From contig OZ024756.1 of the NCBI GenBank assembly GCA_964016885.1, positions 40,486,001 through 40,550,000 on the forward strand: DNA of 64,000 nt, in the 5' to 3' direction. The position numbers and the translations under genes were made by a program. Source of the stretch: Eledone cirrhosa. Lineage: Eukaryota. The notes under the pieces were generated by a model. That model saw only the letters and a program-made list of their open reading frames with translations, had not been told where the DNA came from and did no database searches. Positions 14,973-25,569 of the stretch are shown here, piece by piece; position 1 is the stretch's first letter, and every line of letters starts with the position of its first letter.

Positions 14973-15637
14973 GATAAATCTACCAAAAGTTTACGGTAGT
15001 GTCCAATCCGTATGAAGAACTCAATGTAATCCGGATATCATGGAAAGAAGAGATGCATTCAAAAATCAGTTTCGGTGAAAGATAAACGGAATACAGAGTC
15101 AAGATAAAATATTAAAAAATAATGAATAAAACAATGAAACAGTTCCTTATATTAAACAAAAAAAGTTCATTATTTAACGATCGTTTCTAAGACATATATG
15201 TGTTAGAATTGGCATGCATATTCAACAGATCTATGTACAAAATTATACAAAATTATACAAACTATCAAATAGAATATACATACCAACACATACATATGCC
15301 GTCTTCAGAAATAAATCATTATTTCTGAAGACGGCATATGTATGTGTTGGTATGTATATTCTATTTGATAGTTTGTATAATTTTGTACATAGATCTGTTG
15401 AATATGCATGCCAATTCTAACACATATATGTCCTAGAAACGATCGTTAAATAATGAACTTTTTTTGTTTAATATAAGGAACTGTTTCATTGTTTTATTCA
15501 TTATTTTTTAATATTTTATATATATATATATATATATTCACACATACACATATCTATACATACAAACACATATATATAACTTTGTTTCTATAAATCTAAA
15601 GACATGTTTTGTTCTTTCTGTTTTAGACTTGAACTAA
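2150..15637 (+). CDS. ANKS6: Ankyrin repeat and SAM domain-containing protein 6 (ciliary inversin-compartment protein), ~848 aa
   Basis: Exons 2150-2849, 3859-3903, 4233-4440, 4843-4943, 5529-5649, 6769-6796, 7445-7549, 8148-8270, 8397-8564, 9001-9391, 9912-9996, 10279-10438, 11112-11160, 13598-13665, 13777-13893, 14291-14357, 15627-15637. All introns are GT-AG and phase-consistent (2547 nt). N-terminal ankyrin repeats; ANKS6-type motifs [39 protein letters not shown]; C-terminal [45 protein letters not shown]...GKGRERQ. The last exon is the least certain. Confidence 0.93.
3988..4195 (+). mobile_element. tRNA-derived SINE copy
   Basis: B-box-like GTTTAAATCC, central GCCTTTTATTCCTACAGGATTGATAAAAGAAAGTACCAGT...ACTGGGGTC and tail GGCCTTGTGCCTAAATCAGAAAC(TAT)n; many dispersed copies in the window. 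Confidence 0.75.
4966..5301. repeat. 48-bp minisatellite (~7 copies), same family as 62386-62610
   Basis: Unit TCATTACCATATTTCTAATGAAAGACACTGTCTATGTCATTAACCCTT; explains the repetitive ORF 5037-5315. Confidence 0.95.
5303..5526 (+). mobile_element. tRNA-derived SINE whose (TAT)n tail abuts the ANKS6 exon 5 acceptor
   Basis: GAGTTCAAATCC B box, TTTGCTTTTCATCCTTACGAGGTCAATAAA core, GGCCTTGTGCTTAAATCAGAAAC(TAT)n tail directly followed by the AG at 5527-5528. Confidence 0.8.
5695..6414. repeat. 36-bp minisatellite (~20 copies)
   Basis: Unit AGGTCTAGTAAATCACATATTTACAGAGGCTGGAAT; explains ORF 5614-6213. Confidence 0.97.
8692..8960. repeat. ~62-bp tandem repeat (4 copies), apparently amplified from a SINE 3' portion
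   Basis: Unit GGGTTCATAACAGTGACTAGAATCCCTTTAATGTAGTGGCCCCTGTCATGGCCATATTCTA; preceded by GTACTGGGGT and followed by ATGACTGAAATCAATAAAA, both SINE-like. Confidence 0.85.
10636..10863. mobile_element. piggyBac-type MITE with TTAA target-site duplication; sister copy at 29311-29514
   Basis: TTAA|CCCTTTAGCATTCA ... TGAACATTTAAGGG|TTAA; the internal sequence recurs at 29311. Confidence 0.8.
11372..12790. repeat. 45-bp minisatellite (~31 copies) in ANKS6 intron 13
   Basis: Unit ACCACCTGACCACTTCCCTCAATATATCACTGGTACTATAACAAT; explains the repetitive ORFs between 11330 and 12793. Confidence 0.97.
13345..13570 (-). mobile_element. RTE-clade LINE fragment (RT C-terminal region)
   Basis: Similar to the RTE fragments at 52273-52713 and ~31080-31270 (e.g. 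cagtctcctctcctgcacactac, gcatgcttgcctcatttctctccagcc). Confidence 0.6.
15170..15314 (-). ncRNA. Mirror-image type I hammerhead ribozyme motif (minus strand)
   Basis: Reverse-complement arm of the same palindrome: TTATTT-CTGAAGA...GAAACGATCGTT-AAATAA. Confidence 0.62.
15316..15456 (+). ncRNA. Type I hammerhead ribozyme motif (sense strand of the last ANKS6 intron)
   Basis: Helix I TCATTATTT/AAATAATGA (9 bp); core CTGAAGA 15325-15331; long self-complementary stem II 15332-15435; GAAA 15436-15439; helix III AC-GATC-GT with palindromic loop; predicted cleavage after GTT at 15447. The stem II base is non-canonical. Confidence 0.7.
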
Positions 15638-16520
15638 ACAGTATTGCGAAGAAGACTGCCTGAATATCGAGAATCTCAACTGTTTTATTTACAAAAATAT
15701 AAATTCCTGCTTCTCTGACAATATTTTTAGTGTAATGCACACTCTGATAATATATATCTAGTGTAATATATTGCCTGGCATTTAAATTAATTTTGAAGGT
15801 AATTAAGAATTTATAGGGATTGTGTAAAATAACTTCCTTTTTCCTTATAAACTCTTTCTATCTTTGTACAACATGAAACTACATTAACAAGATATTCTTG
15901 AAAAGATCTAAACAACACCTTGTCTGTATAACATAAGAAATTAAAGTCTTCAGTTTACTGCCAATTTTTACAACGATCTGTCCAGTAGTAAAGATACTAT
16001 AAGTATTTGAATTAAAAATATTTCAATGTTTTCTGATAAATCTTTACAGGGTGTCGATAATTTCTGATAAATCGTAACAGGGTGTTAAGAGTTTCACCTT
16101 TCATGATTAGGTTTCTAATTTCAATTGATTTCCAATGTAATCAAGATTTTGGAGCTGTTAATGTATGTGTAACATTACATATTGATATGATGTTATTGTT
16201 AACATTACATTGATATGATATGTTATTAACATTACATATTACATTTTAAAAGAAATAGTTTTGTATCATAGAACCAAGGAGTGGTTTGGTGTATTTGGGA
16301 CATAATTTAACAAAAGGTTCTCATGTAAAGAATTATGGAAGGTTTTAACTTAGATCCGAAGACTTTTAAAATTGTCAATTTTATACCAAAGAACCAGAGA
16401 CCCTCTTGAATTAAAGACTTTTCTCTCTCTCACTCACACACCTTTTTACACTTGATTTACATACACTTTTATACTTCACGCACAAGTTTATTTGCAGAAA
16501 TGCTAGTTAATTATTATGAG

Positions 16521-16636
16521 TACTCTTCCTATCTCTGAGACATTTTATAATATTCTTCCTATCTCTGAGACTTTTTGTAATATTCTTCCTATCTCTGAGA
16601 CATTTTATAATATTCTTCCTAGCTCTGAGACATTTT
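16521..16636. repeat. 30-bp tandem repeat (~4 copies) in the putative ANKS6 3'UTR
   Basis: Unit TATTCTTCCTATCTCTGAGACATTTTATAA. Confidence 0.9.
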
Positions 16637-16713
16637 CTGTGATTCAACCTCTACACCTGATTTCCTGCCAAAGATGACGAAAAAAACTCATTTTAAAATC
16701 CAACAGAAAGAAT

Positions 16714-17103
16714 CTGTTGTCAGTATTTGCTACATTAAATACTGTTGCCAGTATTTGCTACATTAAATACTGTTGTCAGTATTTGCTACATTAAATACTG
16801 TTGCCAGTATTTGCTACATTAAATACCGCTGTCAGTATTTGCTACATTAAATACTGTTGCCAGTATTTGCTACATTAAATACTGTTGCCAGTATTTGCTA
16901 CATTAAATACCGCTGTCAGTATTTGCTACATTAAATACTGTTGCCAGTATTTGCTACATTAAATACTGCTGTCAGTATTTGCTACATTAAATACTGTTGT
17001 CAGTATTTGCTACATTAAATACTGTTGCCAGTATTTGCTACATTAAATACCGCTGTCAGTATTTGCTACATTAAATACTGTTGCCAGTATTTGCCACATT
17101 AAA
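16714..17103. repeat. 28-bp minisatellite (~14 copies) just upstream of a candidate polyA signal (AATAAA 17133)
   Basis: Unit CTGTTGCCAGTATTTGCTACATTAAATA. Confidence 0.95.
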
Positions 17104-17359
17104 TGATTGATTAATTATTGATTAATTTTCTAAATAAACATGTAAATTTATCAAAACTGTTTTTGTTTTCAACTTTTACCCAATCTCCACACATCTCTGC
17201 CACCAGTCCTCAGCCCACACTGTAAAGTGGTTGTGTTGGTGACACAACAAAAAACCTCCAGTCAACATTGAAGTGGTTGTGTTGGTGACACGACAAAAAA
17301 CACCAGTCGACACTGAAGTGACAATGTAGGTGTCACGATAAAAAGCACCCAGTACAGAC

Positions 17360-17476
17360 GAAGGATGCAAGGCAAAGCTAACCTCGGCGGGATTTGAACT
17401 CAAACCGTAAGGAGCCGTAACTCTATGCCACTAAGCATATTGTCCGACGCACGACCGATTCTGCCAATCCACCAAC
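17360..17476 (-). mobile_element. tRNA-derived SINE 5' part, reverse orientation
   Basis: Reverse complement reads TGGATTGGCAGAATCGGTCGTGCGTCGG...GAGTTCAAATCCCGCCGAGGTTAGCTTTGCCTTGCATCCTTCG. Confidence 0.7.
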
Positions 17477-17658
17477 TGTATTTTTTTTTTTAAACAGATG
17501 GCGTGTCTGGGTAATTCTTCAGCGCTTCACGTCTTGTTCCCCTTTATTGATTCGCTCTCCTATAGTTGTGGTATTTGTTATCACCCCTTTATTGATTCAC
17601 TCTTCTATATTTATGGTGTTTGTTACCTCCCCTGTTGATTCGCTCTTCTATATTGTGT

Positions 17659-17679
17659 CGGAAGTGTACACACCACGTG
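17659..17679 (+). promoter_or_regulatory. NOP10 proximal promoter motifs (ETS and E-box)
   Basis: CGGAAGT 17659-17665 and CACGTG 17674-17679, 60-80 nt upstream of the ATG; typical of ribosome-biogenesis gene promoters. Confidence 0.5.
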
Positions 17680-17738
17680 TTTATAATCATACAAACGTGT
17701 TTCGGTTTATTTTCTAAGCTTTCATCAAAAACTACAAT

Positions 17739-19204
17739 ATGTTGTTAATGTATTATCTTGACGACAACGGAGAAAAGGTTTATACCCTTAAAGTAAGTAT
17801 ATTTATCTATTTTTACTCGTGTTTTGTTTTTATACTCTTTATATCAGTCGCGGCCTCATTAAACGTTAACCCTAACACATGCCTAAAGCAACAAAGGAAA
17901 AGGACATCAGTTTATTTAAATTAAATATATTTGGTATTATAAAAATAAATGGTTTTTATTTTTGCTAACTTTATAAATGGAAGAGACTCCTATAATTTTT
18001 TAAGTGTTTGACGTCTCAAAAAGACTTAATACGGCCTTAATGTCTGGAGGTGTTGAACAAAATGTTTCTAAGTTATTTGTGAACTTTTACTAAATTATTT
18101 CCACCAACACAAACCACCACCGCTTTCTCTGGAAACCAACTTCGATCTTTATTTGTTACTTATTAATTTAATTTCTATTCCGGCTTTTATTGCTTCCATT
18201 TCGACACCACAGAAACTATCTTCATCCACTTATTTTTTAGAGGGTCGTGGAGGCAGAGTCCCCAAACACTCATTTCAGCAGGTCCTGTCAGAAGCAACCG
18301 TCTCCAATTGATCCGGATGTTATCCAACCATCTGGCTCGGAGTCTATCCCTGGGTATCCTTGCCAGTTGGTTTTGCCCGTAAAAATCTGTCCAGCGATCC
18401 TTTCCTGAGATACTATAAACAATAAGGAATTTATTTAGGGCTCTTGTCTAGCAGATACTATTAACAATAGGAAATTTATTTAGGGCTCTTGGTTAGCAGA
18501 TACTATTAACAATAGGAAATTTATTTAGGGCTCTTGTCTAGCAGATACTATTAACAATAGGAAATTTATTTAGGGCTCTTGGCTAGCAGATACTATCAAC
18601 AATAGGAAATTTATTTAGGGCTCTTGGCTAGCAGATACTATCAACAATAGGAAATTTATTTAGGGCTCTTGGCTAGCAGATACTATTAACAATAGGAAAT
18701 TTATTTAGGGCTCTTGGCTAGCAGATACTATCAACAATAGGAAATTTATTTAGGGCTCTTGGCTAGCAGATACTATCAACAATAGGAAATTTATTTAGGG
18801 CTCTTGGCTAGCAGATACTATCAACAATAGGAAATTTATTTAGGGCTCTTGGCTAGCAGATACTATCAACAATAGGAAATTTATTTAGGGCTCTTGGCTA
18901 GCAGATACTATCAACAATAGGAAATTTATTTAGGGTTCTTGGCTAGCAGATACTATCAACAATAGGAAATTTATTTAGGGCTCTTGGCTAGCAGATACTA
19001 TTAACAATAAACAATTTTTCATCCGATCTGAACATTTTTATATTTTTGTTTTATTTGTAGGATGTTGACCCAAAAGGTAACCGGAGTTATTCAGCCCACC
19101 CTGCAAGGTTTTCACCCGATGATGTTTATTCAAGACACAGAGTGACCATCAAGAAAAGATTTAATATTTTAATGACACAGCAACCTAAAGATGGACATTG
19201 TTAA
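17739..19204 (+). CDS. NOP10: H/ACA ribonucleoprotein complex subunit NOP10, 65 aa
   Basis: Exons 17739-17792 and 19061-19204 (GT-AG, phase 0): [65 protein letters not shown]; signature [11 protein letters not shown]. Confidence 0.97.
18240..18405 (-). mobile_element. RTE-clade LINE 3' end fragment in the NOP10 intron
   Basis: Reverse complement encodes a degenerate AKPTGK...RARWLDNI...LPPRP terminus; a related segment lies at ~38670-38710. Confidence 0.5.
18409..19010. repeat. 45-bp minisatellite (~13 copies) in the NOP10 intron
   Basis: Unit AACAATAGGAAATTTATTTAGGGCTCTTGGCTAGCAGATACTATC. Confidence 0.97.
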
Positions 19205-19717
19205 TAACTAGTGTTGTTACTATTAACGTCGGACCAATGGAGCCATAGATATACACTTGCTCCACTCATAAGATCTTCAAAAACATTGCAGTGTATTGTG
19301 GCTTCTCTCCTGTATGTGGCTTTCATGCCTTACTAAGCACCAAAATGTTAAATTGATATTAACTCAGCAGTGTTTCTTTCATCTCAATCCTGCCATATTT
19401 CTCATATCTATGGTCTCCTTAAATTCTAATGTGAATAAACTTTACCAAATCATAATAATCTTTTCCTGTGTCATTTTTATATTTGTCATATATGTATACA
19501 TACACATAGATTTTTGAAGGTGAGAAGGACCAGATGTATGAGGTCCCTCGCAGACTAGCTTAATGTCAAATGGTGTAATATATTTACAGATATGTTGGGT
19601 CACATCGAGATGTGTTCTATACTGTGAGAAATGAGGATGGGTCAAGGATCTTGAAGTTCTCTGACACAAAGGACTTGACAACTTGCTATACTAACTTTAG
19701 CAACCCAACTCCTGGGT

Positions 19718-19860
19718 CTGGCCTTGTCATGCCGAGGAGGCTTGTGTGTTCCATAAATCCAAGAGGGCATTGTCGTCTGGAGTTTTGATCCTGGTAATAC
19801 TACCGTAGGCGGGCTGATCTCCCATGGCATTGGCTCGCTGCAGAGGACCAACATCAGAGT
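19718..19860 (+). mobile_element. RTE-clade LINE 5'UTR fragment
   Basis: GCCTTGTCATGCCGAGGAGGCTTGTGTGTTCC...TGGAGTTTTGATCCTGGTA resembles the conserved 5' end of RTE/Expander elements (recalled, not searched). Confidence 0.45.
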
Positions 19861-20329
19861 GGACCCCCTATTTTAGCTCTATGCTCGATAATGCCAATGG
19901 GGTCAATGACCCTAGTCTCTTTGAGCAAGAATAAGAACTTCAGGAAACTAACTAAACACTTGATTCCCTACCAATCCAACTAATACACAATACATCTTAG
20001 ATTGACTGTATTCTCTAGAGAACAAGATATGCCAATGGTTGTTATTGCTGTTTCCCTGGTGAAAAATAAAGCACTCAATATAAGTTATTTGTGAGTTTAA
20101 ATGAAAGTCAGATCAGATGACTGTCTTGCTCATACAGAACTTTCTATGGTTCGATACCCTTCCTAATGTCAACCACATTTACAGTGTGTCCTGGGTGCTT
20201 TTTATCATGACCACTTAACAGTGAGCTGGGTATTTTTTGTGACACCAACACAACCATTTTACAGTGTGGGCTGGGTGTTTTTTGTTGTGATACAGAACCA
20301 CTTTACAGCGTGGGCTGAGAGAGAGAAAA

Positions 20330-20460
20330 GTAAAATCCTGACTGCGACACCGAGAGGTTTTAACATGGTGCCACAGTCAGGAATTTACCTATCTCTATAG
20401 CCACTCTTTTGAGTACTCTCATGTTTACTGATTTCCTCGGTCTCAGCACTGCTGACTCAC
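20330..20460 (+). mobile_element. Short fold-back element with tail motif (partial hammerhead 3' half)
   Basis: Inverted repeat 20330-20351 / 20367-20388, then CTCTATAGCCACTCTTTTGAGTACTC; the tail resembles that at 34510-34590. Confidence 0.55.
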
Positions 20461-21687
20461 TATTATTTAATAATTCTGAGGAATAAAATGGTACTTCCTA
20501 CTGTATTTGAAAGCAACATTCACCAATCTATTAAATACTGGTTATTTTTATTCAGTTTATATATATCATCCCCGTTTAACGCCCATGTTTCTAAGCTAGC
20601 AGATGACCGTGTCTTGCTCATACAGAACTGATTTGGGCTTGATTTCTAACACCAACCACATTTACTGTGTGGGGTGGTGTTAGGACGTGGACCGAGGGAG
20701 GGGTGTTTTATATATATATATTAATGAATTAACGAAATCAATACCACCAGATGATTCTCGCGTGCATGGTACTGTATATACACACTATAATGTCCAAAGG
20801 AAACGCTGATGCAACTAATTTTTTCCCCAACCAATTGAACTGGAATAACATTCAAATATATTGCAAAGTCGAATGTTACAACCCCATCCGGCCCGGGTAT
20901 CCAACTCCCAATCTAATTATTGTCTGCCAGAACCGAACACTCTAATATCTAAACTCACTCTTCAGAAATAACCTAGTCTAGCATGGTGGTGACGGTGGCG
21001 GTGGTTTAAGTCCAGTTGTACTGCTGCTGCCACCTGTAGTCGAGTAGTGTAAGCTAAAGGGTAGATAACCAGACAATGTATAGAATAATAGCTGTGACAA
21101 CAACAATAGTAACAACAACAAGGTGCTACCAGTTAGAATTGAACATCATCTTGTAGCTTATATATATATATATACACATACATACATATATCCTCCATAT
21201 TACTGCCGCTGCACATTTTCCAATGGGACCCTGATGCAGATTCTATTTTCATAAGAAAGTTAACTACGCTGGTATGTCGTTCTTCTTTCTATCAAATATC
21301 TCCTTTTAACATCTGCTCCCAACCCCAAATAATTAATTATTACTTCTATATCATCTCTCCATCTATCTATCTATATATATCTAACTAATCTATCCTTCCA
21401 TAAACACTCGACTTTCGTCTGCATCTCACTCACTAAAGCTGTAAATTTAAAGAAGAGTCTAGTCTTCTTTATTTCTCATAAACCAATCCATCGATAATTT
21501 CACCACATTCGATGACCAAATGTCCCGAACACATACTTCTCGGTTCTATCTAGAAAAGAAAGAAAAAAAAACTTATCTCTCTATCTATCCATCTATCTAT
21601 CTATATATATGTATGCATGTATACATATATATACACACACACATATATATATATATATGTGTGTGTATTTATATTTATAAAATCATA

Positions 21688-21862
21688 TTTAATATAGAAA
21701 TGGATTCTACAGGTCTAGAACTGTTTCATTCAAAAGATATCATCAGGAAAGCGGCTTTTGAATGAAACAGTTCTAGACCTGTAGAAGCCATTTCTATATT
21801 AAACTTGATGTTTACACTCTATTAATGTATTGAGTACCTTACTAACTGAGGTTACCCCAGAT

Positions 21863-21863
<1 letters not shown>
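21688..21863 (+). mobile_element. Fold-back hammerhead element, family shared with 30040-30238 and 34174-34345
   Basis: 49-bp arms 21688-21736 / 21755-21803 (1 mismatch). Minus strand reads TTC-CTGATGA-tatcttttgaat-GAAA-CAG-ttctagac-CTG-TA-GAA. Tail CACTCTATTAATGTATTGAGTAC; (TA)/(TG)n flanks. Confidence 0.8.
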
Positions 21864-21896
<33 letters not shown>

Positions 21897-22094
21897 ACAA
21901 AGGAAATGTGGTGAGGAACCAGATGGACCATAACGCACCAGAGTACTCGATACTTAGGGTAGTAGAGTGGGAAATAGGAAAAAGTATGACCCCGACGGCA
22001 GAGCTCAAGCCGTTTCGACGGCTATTTCTAGACTATTCAGAAATAGCCGTCGAAACGGCTTGAGCTCTGCCGTCGGGGTCATACTTTTTCCTAT
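21897..22094 (-). mobile_element. Fold-back element with hammerhead 3' half (GUC cleavage site)
   Basis: Perfect 56-bp arms 21974-22029 / 22039-22094 containing GAAA-CGGC-ttgagctct-GCCG-TC. Tail (minus) CACTCTACTACCCTAAGTATCGAGTACTC; (TA)n flanks. Confidence 0.8.
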
Positions 22095-22348
22095 ATATAT
22101 ATATATATACTGTAGTATATGTTTGGTAGAAATATACATGGGTCAGAGCACTCACTCCGTTCATAGGAGCATATATAATTTATCAAACGATTTCATTCCA
22201 CGCAATTTAATTTATGTTACACACACACACACACCGACACATACATATATATATAATACACACACACAGACACATACATATATATATATATAATACACAC
22301 ACACATATATATATATATATATTGCAATTCACACACACACACACAGAT

Positions 22349-22409
<61 letters not shown>

Positions 22410-22561
22410 GATTGATATATATATATATATACATACACACACACACACACACACGCAAATCTATTTGCCACCTGTGGTATCTGATGTCAATACTTGATGT
22501 TTATCAACGTCTATTTAATATCACATGCCTCAAACAAAACTTATATTCCTCATGTCATTGC

Positions 22562-22601
<40 letters not shown>

Positions 22602-23027
22602 TACATAGATATATAGATATCTACACACACACACACATATATATGTATATATACAGTCACATGCGGCTCCACGGAAAAAAAATCTACTGTGGATTACCTA
22701 CAATATCTATGTTTGTTTATCTATCTGTCTATCTTCTATCTTGTTTATTTATCTGTCTGTGTGTCTATCTACCCCCCCCTCTCTCTCTCTCTATATATAT
22801 ATATACACACACTCACACACACATACAGATAGATAATCATGTAATTTTAACGAAGCCAGCGATACCGGTTGCTACATCTCCTCAAAGACAACTCCCCAAA
22901 ATCAAAACCTATTTCATATCAACTGTATAAGACCTACCTCCCATACCCTGGAACTAATAATAATAATACACTTTGAAAATCTACCGTACTTAGAAAACCT
23001 ACATATTATGTCTGTGTGTATATATAT

Positions 23028-23070
<43 letters not shown>

Positions 23071-23072
23071 CA

Positions 23073-23223
23073 CCGATGATATGTTACTAGTTAAGACCCG
23101 AAGGAAACTATATTTAAAAAAAAGTAAAGTGTAGATATCATAAGGTTTCTTTGCCCTACGATTAAGCTTTTACCGTTTCGAAACTACAAGGCTTAACCGT
23201 AGGGCAAAGAATCCGTTTAATAA
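23073..23223 (-). mobile_element. Fold-back element with hammerhead 3' half
   Basis: Imperfect inverted repeat 23147-23211 centred on GTTTCGAAAC. Minus strand GAAA-CGGT-aaaagctta-ATCG-TA-GGGC; (TA)/(CA)n flanks. Confidence 0.6.
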
Positions 23224-24025
23224 CACACACACACACACATATATATAAGCTTAACGCATACATCATAATATATACATATACAGATCTCTCTCTCTTTCTC
23301 TCTCTCTCAGACACAAATATATTATTAACACATGCATAATATATACATACAGCTCTCTCTCTCTCTCTCTAACATACATGCACATACACACTCGCTCTTT
23401 CTCTCTCTCTAGCTGCAGTCCAATTAGTAATGTTATTTATGACGGTAGCATGAACGCACTTGTTCCTTACTAAACCAACGTCCGTGCCGCCGAAATTACG
23501 AACTATGCTCTCCTTTATAAAATATTATTGAAAGACAAATCACCGTTGCTCCCCTCCCCTATAAAATAAAACCGGTTTTAAACTCCTGCTCTGTACTTTT
23601 GTAACCTTTCTTGAAATAATATATACCATGACTAATGGACAACTGGCATCAGTAATGATGGTAATAGCTTTGAATGAAGTCGAGGATTGTTATGTCATAT
23701 ATAAACCAGGATTACTGGATATATGAAGAATTATACAAACACGGAAATCTGTGTTTTGATAAGAGAAACCCTATAGTTTATGTTGATTATGTACAAATGA
23801 CATACAGGATTAAATGTGTAAGTAACTTTGGAGAAATAACTATTTACATGGACAAATGTAGGATTAGAACAAAGCATGTTGTAATTGGAAAGTGAAGGTG
23901 TGTGTGTGAGAGAGGAGGTCTATGAGAAGTTGTGGGTATGTATGGGAAGGGTGGTGTGTATATGAGAGGGGTGGTTGTGTGTATGAACGAGGGTGTGTGA
24001 GAGAGAGAGTGTGTGCACATCTTCA

Positions 24026-24715
24026 CGGTCAGCAGCGATTTGCGTTGGACGAGGCACGTCTATAAAATTGTCAAGAGGGCCGAGGGTGTCTTAGCATCAC
24101 TCAGCAAGACCTTTGTCAGCCGCTCTCCAGATATCTATTTAAGGCTGTATACAGCTATGGTGCGACCACACTTAGAATTTGCATCACCAGTCTGGAACCC
24201 CTATCTTGCTCAGGACATTGACCGCCTGGAAACTGTTCAGAGACGTGCAACCAAGCGAATACCCTCCATCAGGCATCTACCATACTCTGAGCGCCTTGCT
24301 TCCCTGGGCATGGATTCATTGAAGCTCCGACGCCTGGCAACTGACTTGGTAAACACCCACAAAATTGTTAACCATGTTGCCAACAACAACCCTGAGTACC
24401 TTTTCGATTTCCATGTGTCTAACACACGTGGACATGCCCACAAAGTAAGAAAACAGCACAGTTCCCATGACTTTCGGAAACATTTTTCACGCTCAGAGTT
24501 GCTGAAGCATGGAACAAACTACCTGCATCAGTTGTTAGCTGTCGAGACACTGCATCCTTTAAGGCCTCCATGCTTCCCGAGATCCGCCAACACTACAGCT
24601 AACACATACACACATGTACTTCCCTGACATTTGTGTATTATTCTATGTACTATATTGACGAGTTGTAGTGCACCTGAGCACTTTACACAATAATTTCATT
24701 ATTATTATTATTATT
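24026..24715 (+). mobile_element. 5'-truncated CR1/L2-group LINE (RT C-terminus, 3'UTR, (ATT)n tail)
   Basis: SSDLRWTRHV...LYTAMVRPHLEFASPVWNPY...IDRLETVQRRATK...LPYSERL...NTRGH; a frameshift near 24485 continues FTLRVAEAWNKLP; ends in (ATT)n at ~24698-24714. Confidence 0.9.
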
Positions 24716-25029
24716 TCATGATTGTGAAAGGTGGTACCATGCAAGATGTCTTCCATTCCAAGCACAAACCATATATATGATTGATATTGTCCACCCAGCT
24801 GCAATCTCCTCATCTATGTTGTACCACACCATTGTGAAGTTCTTTGTTGAAAAACACATGTAAACCTTACTGTCATAATAGTTTTATCAGGAGTTTCCCT
24901 AACCTCCGCAGTGATCCACAAGAAATCCATAGCAAACTGAAGCAGTTTGTGTGGGACTGACCCTAAAACATTTGCCAGGTCAACCCTCACAACTGCCAGG
25001 TCACTTTATGACATCCCAGATAATTCATG

Positions 25030-25075
<46 letters not shown>

Positions 25076-25569
25076 ATATATATCACAATACACCTGAAAT
25101 GCCAGATTTCTGTGCCATGTTCGCACCATATGCAAATGAGAATCACCAGTAAGTGTTCATCACTTAAAATTCTATATAGACTGTATTCTGTTTCAATGTC
25201 AGTACCAGCTGAGTGAATGTCACCAATGAAAGATTAACAAATCTTGAAACAGCACTGTCTGACATTCTCGACTGTACTAACAACTGTGATACATTCACGG
25301 AGAAAAATTGATAAAAATTAGTTGTTTCATTATGAAAATATATTTTTTCTTTTGCAGCAAGGCTCCCCATATGTTTATTGTATATAAACATATATTATAT
25401 GTTTATATATGTTTTTATATACACCTTTATTATGCTGAAATGCTGTCTACTACTACCAATTATATATACATGTATATATGTATGTATGCATATAAAATAT
25501 GTATGTATATATATAAAAAAATATATATAATACATAAATATGTAATAATTATTATTAGTCATGTTTTTA

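Larger units (their letters stand above)
14970..15519 (-). mobile_element. Fold-back hammerhead element (Penelope-like/retrozyme-type remnant) inserted in (TA)n
   Basis: Inverted repeat 15104-15314 / 15319-15519 (4-nt loop, 1 mismatch, one 10-nt duplication), a unique tail at 14970-15103, and (TA)n on both sides. Confidence 0.8.

Noticed and set aside
15104-15519. Palindromes as pre-miRNAs or ordinary TIR MITEs
   Set aside because: The arms are too long or too perfect, the elements are asymmetric (one-sided tail), breakpoints vary among copies, and hammerhead cores are present; a retro/fold-back origin fits better.
17793-19060. Intronic snoRNA in the NOP10 intron
   Set aside because: No convincing H/ACA hairpin-hinge-hairpin-ACA or C/D box pair; the intron is mostly an RTE fragment and a 45-bp array.
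23450-23823. Possible non-coding first exon/promoter of CCDC102 (CpG patch, GTAAGT at 23818)
   Set aside because: Plausible but not supportable without transcript data.
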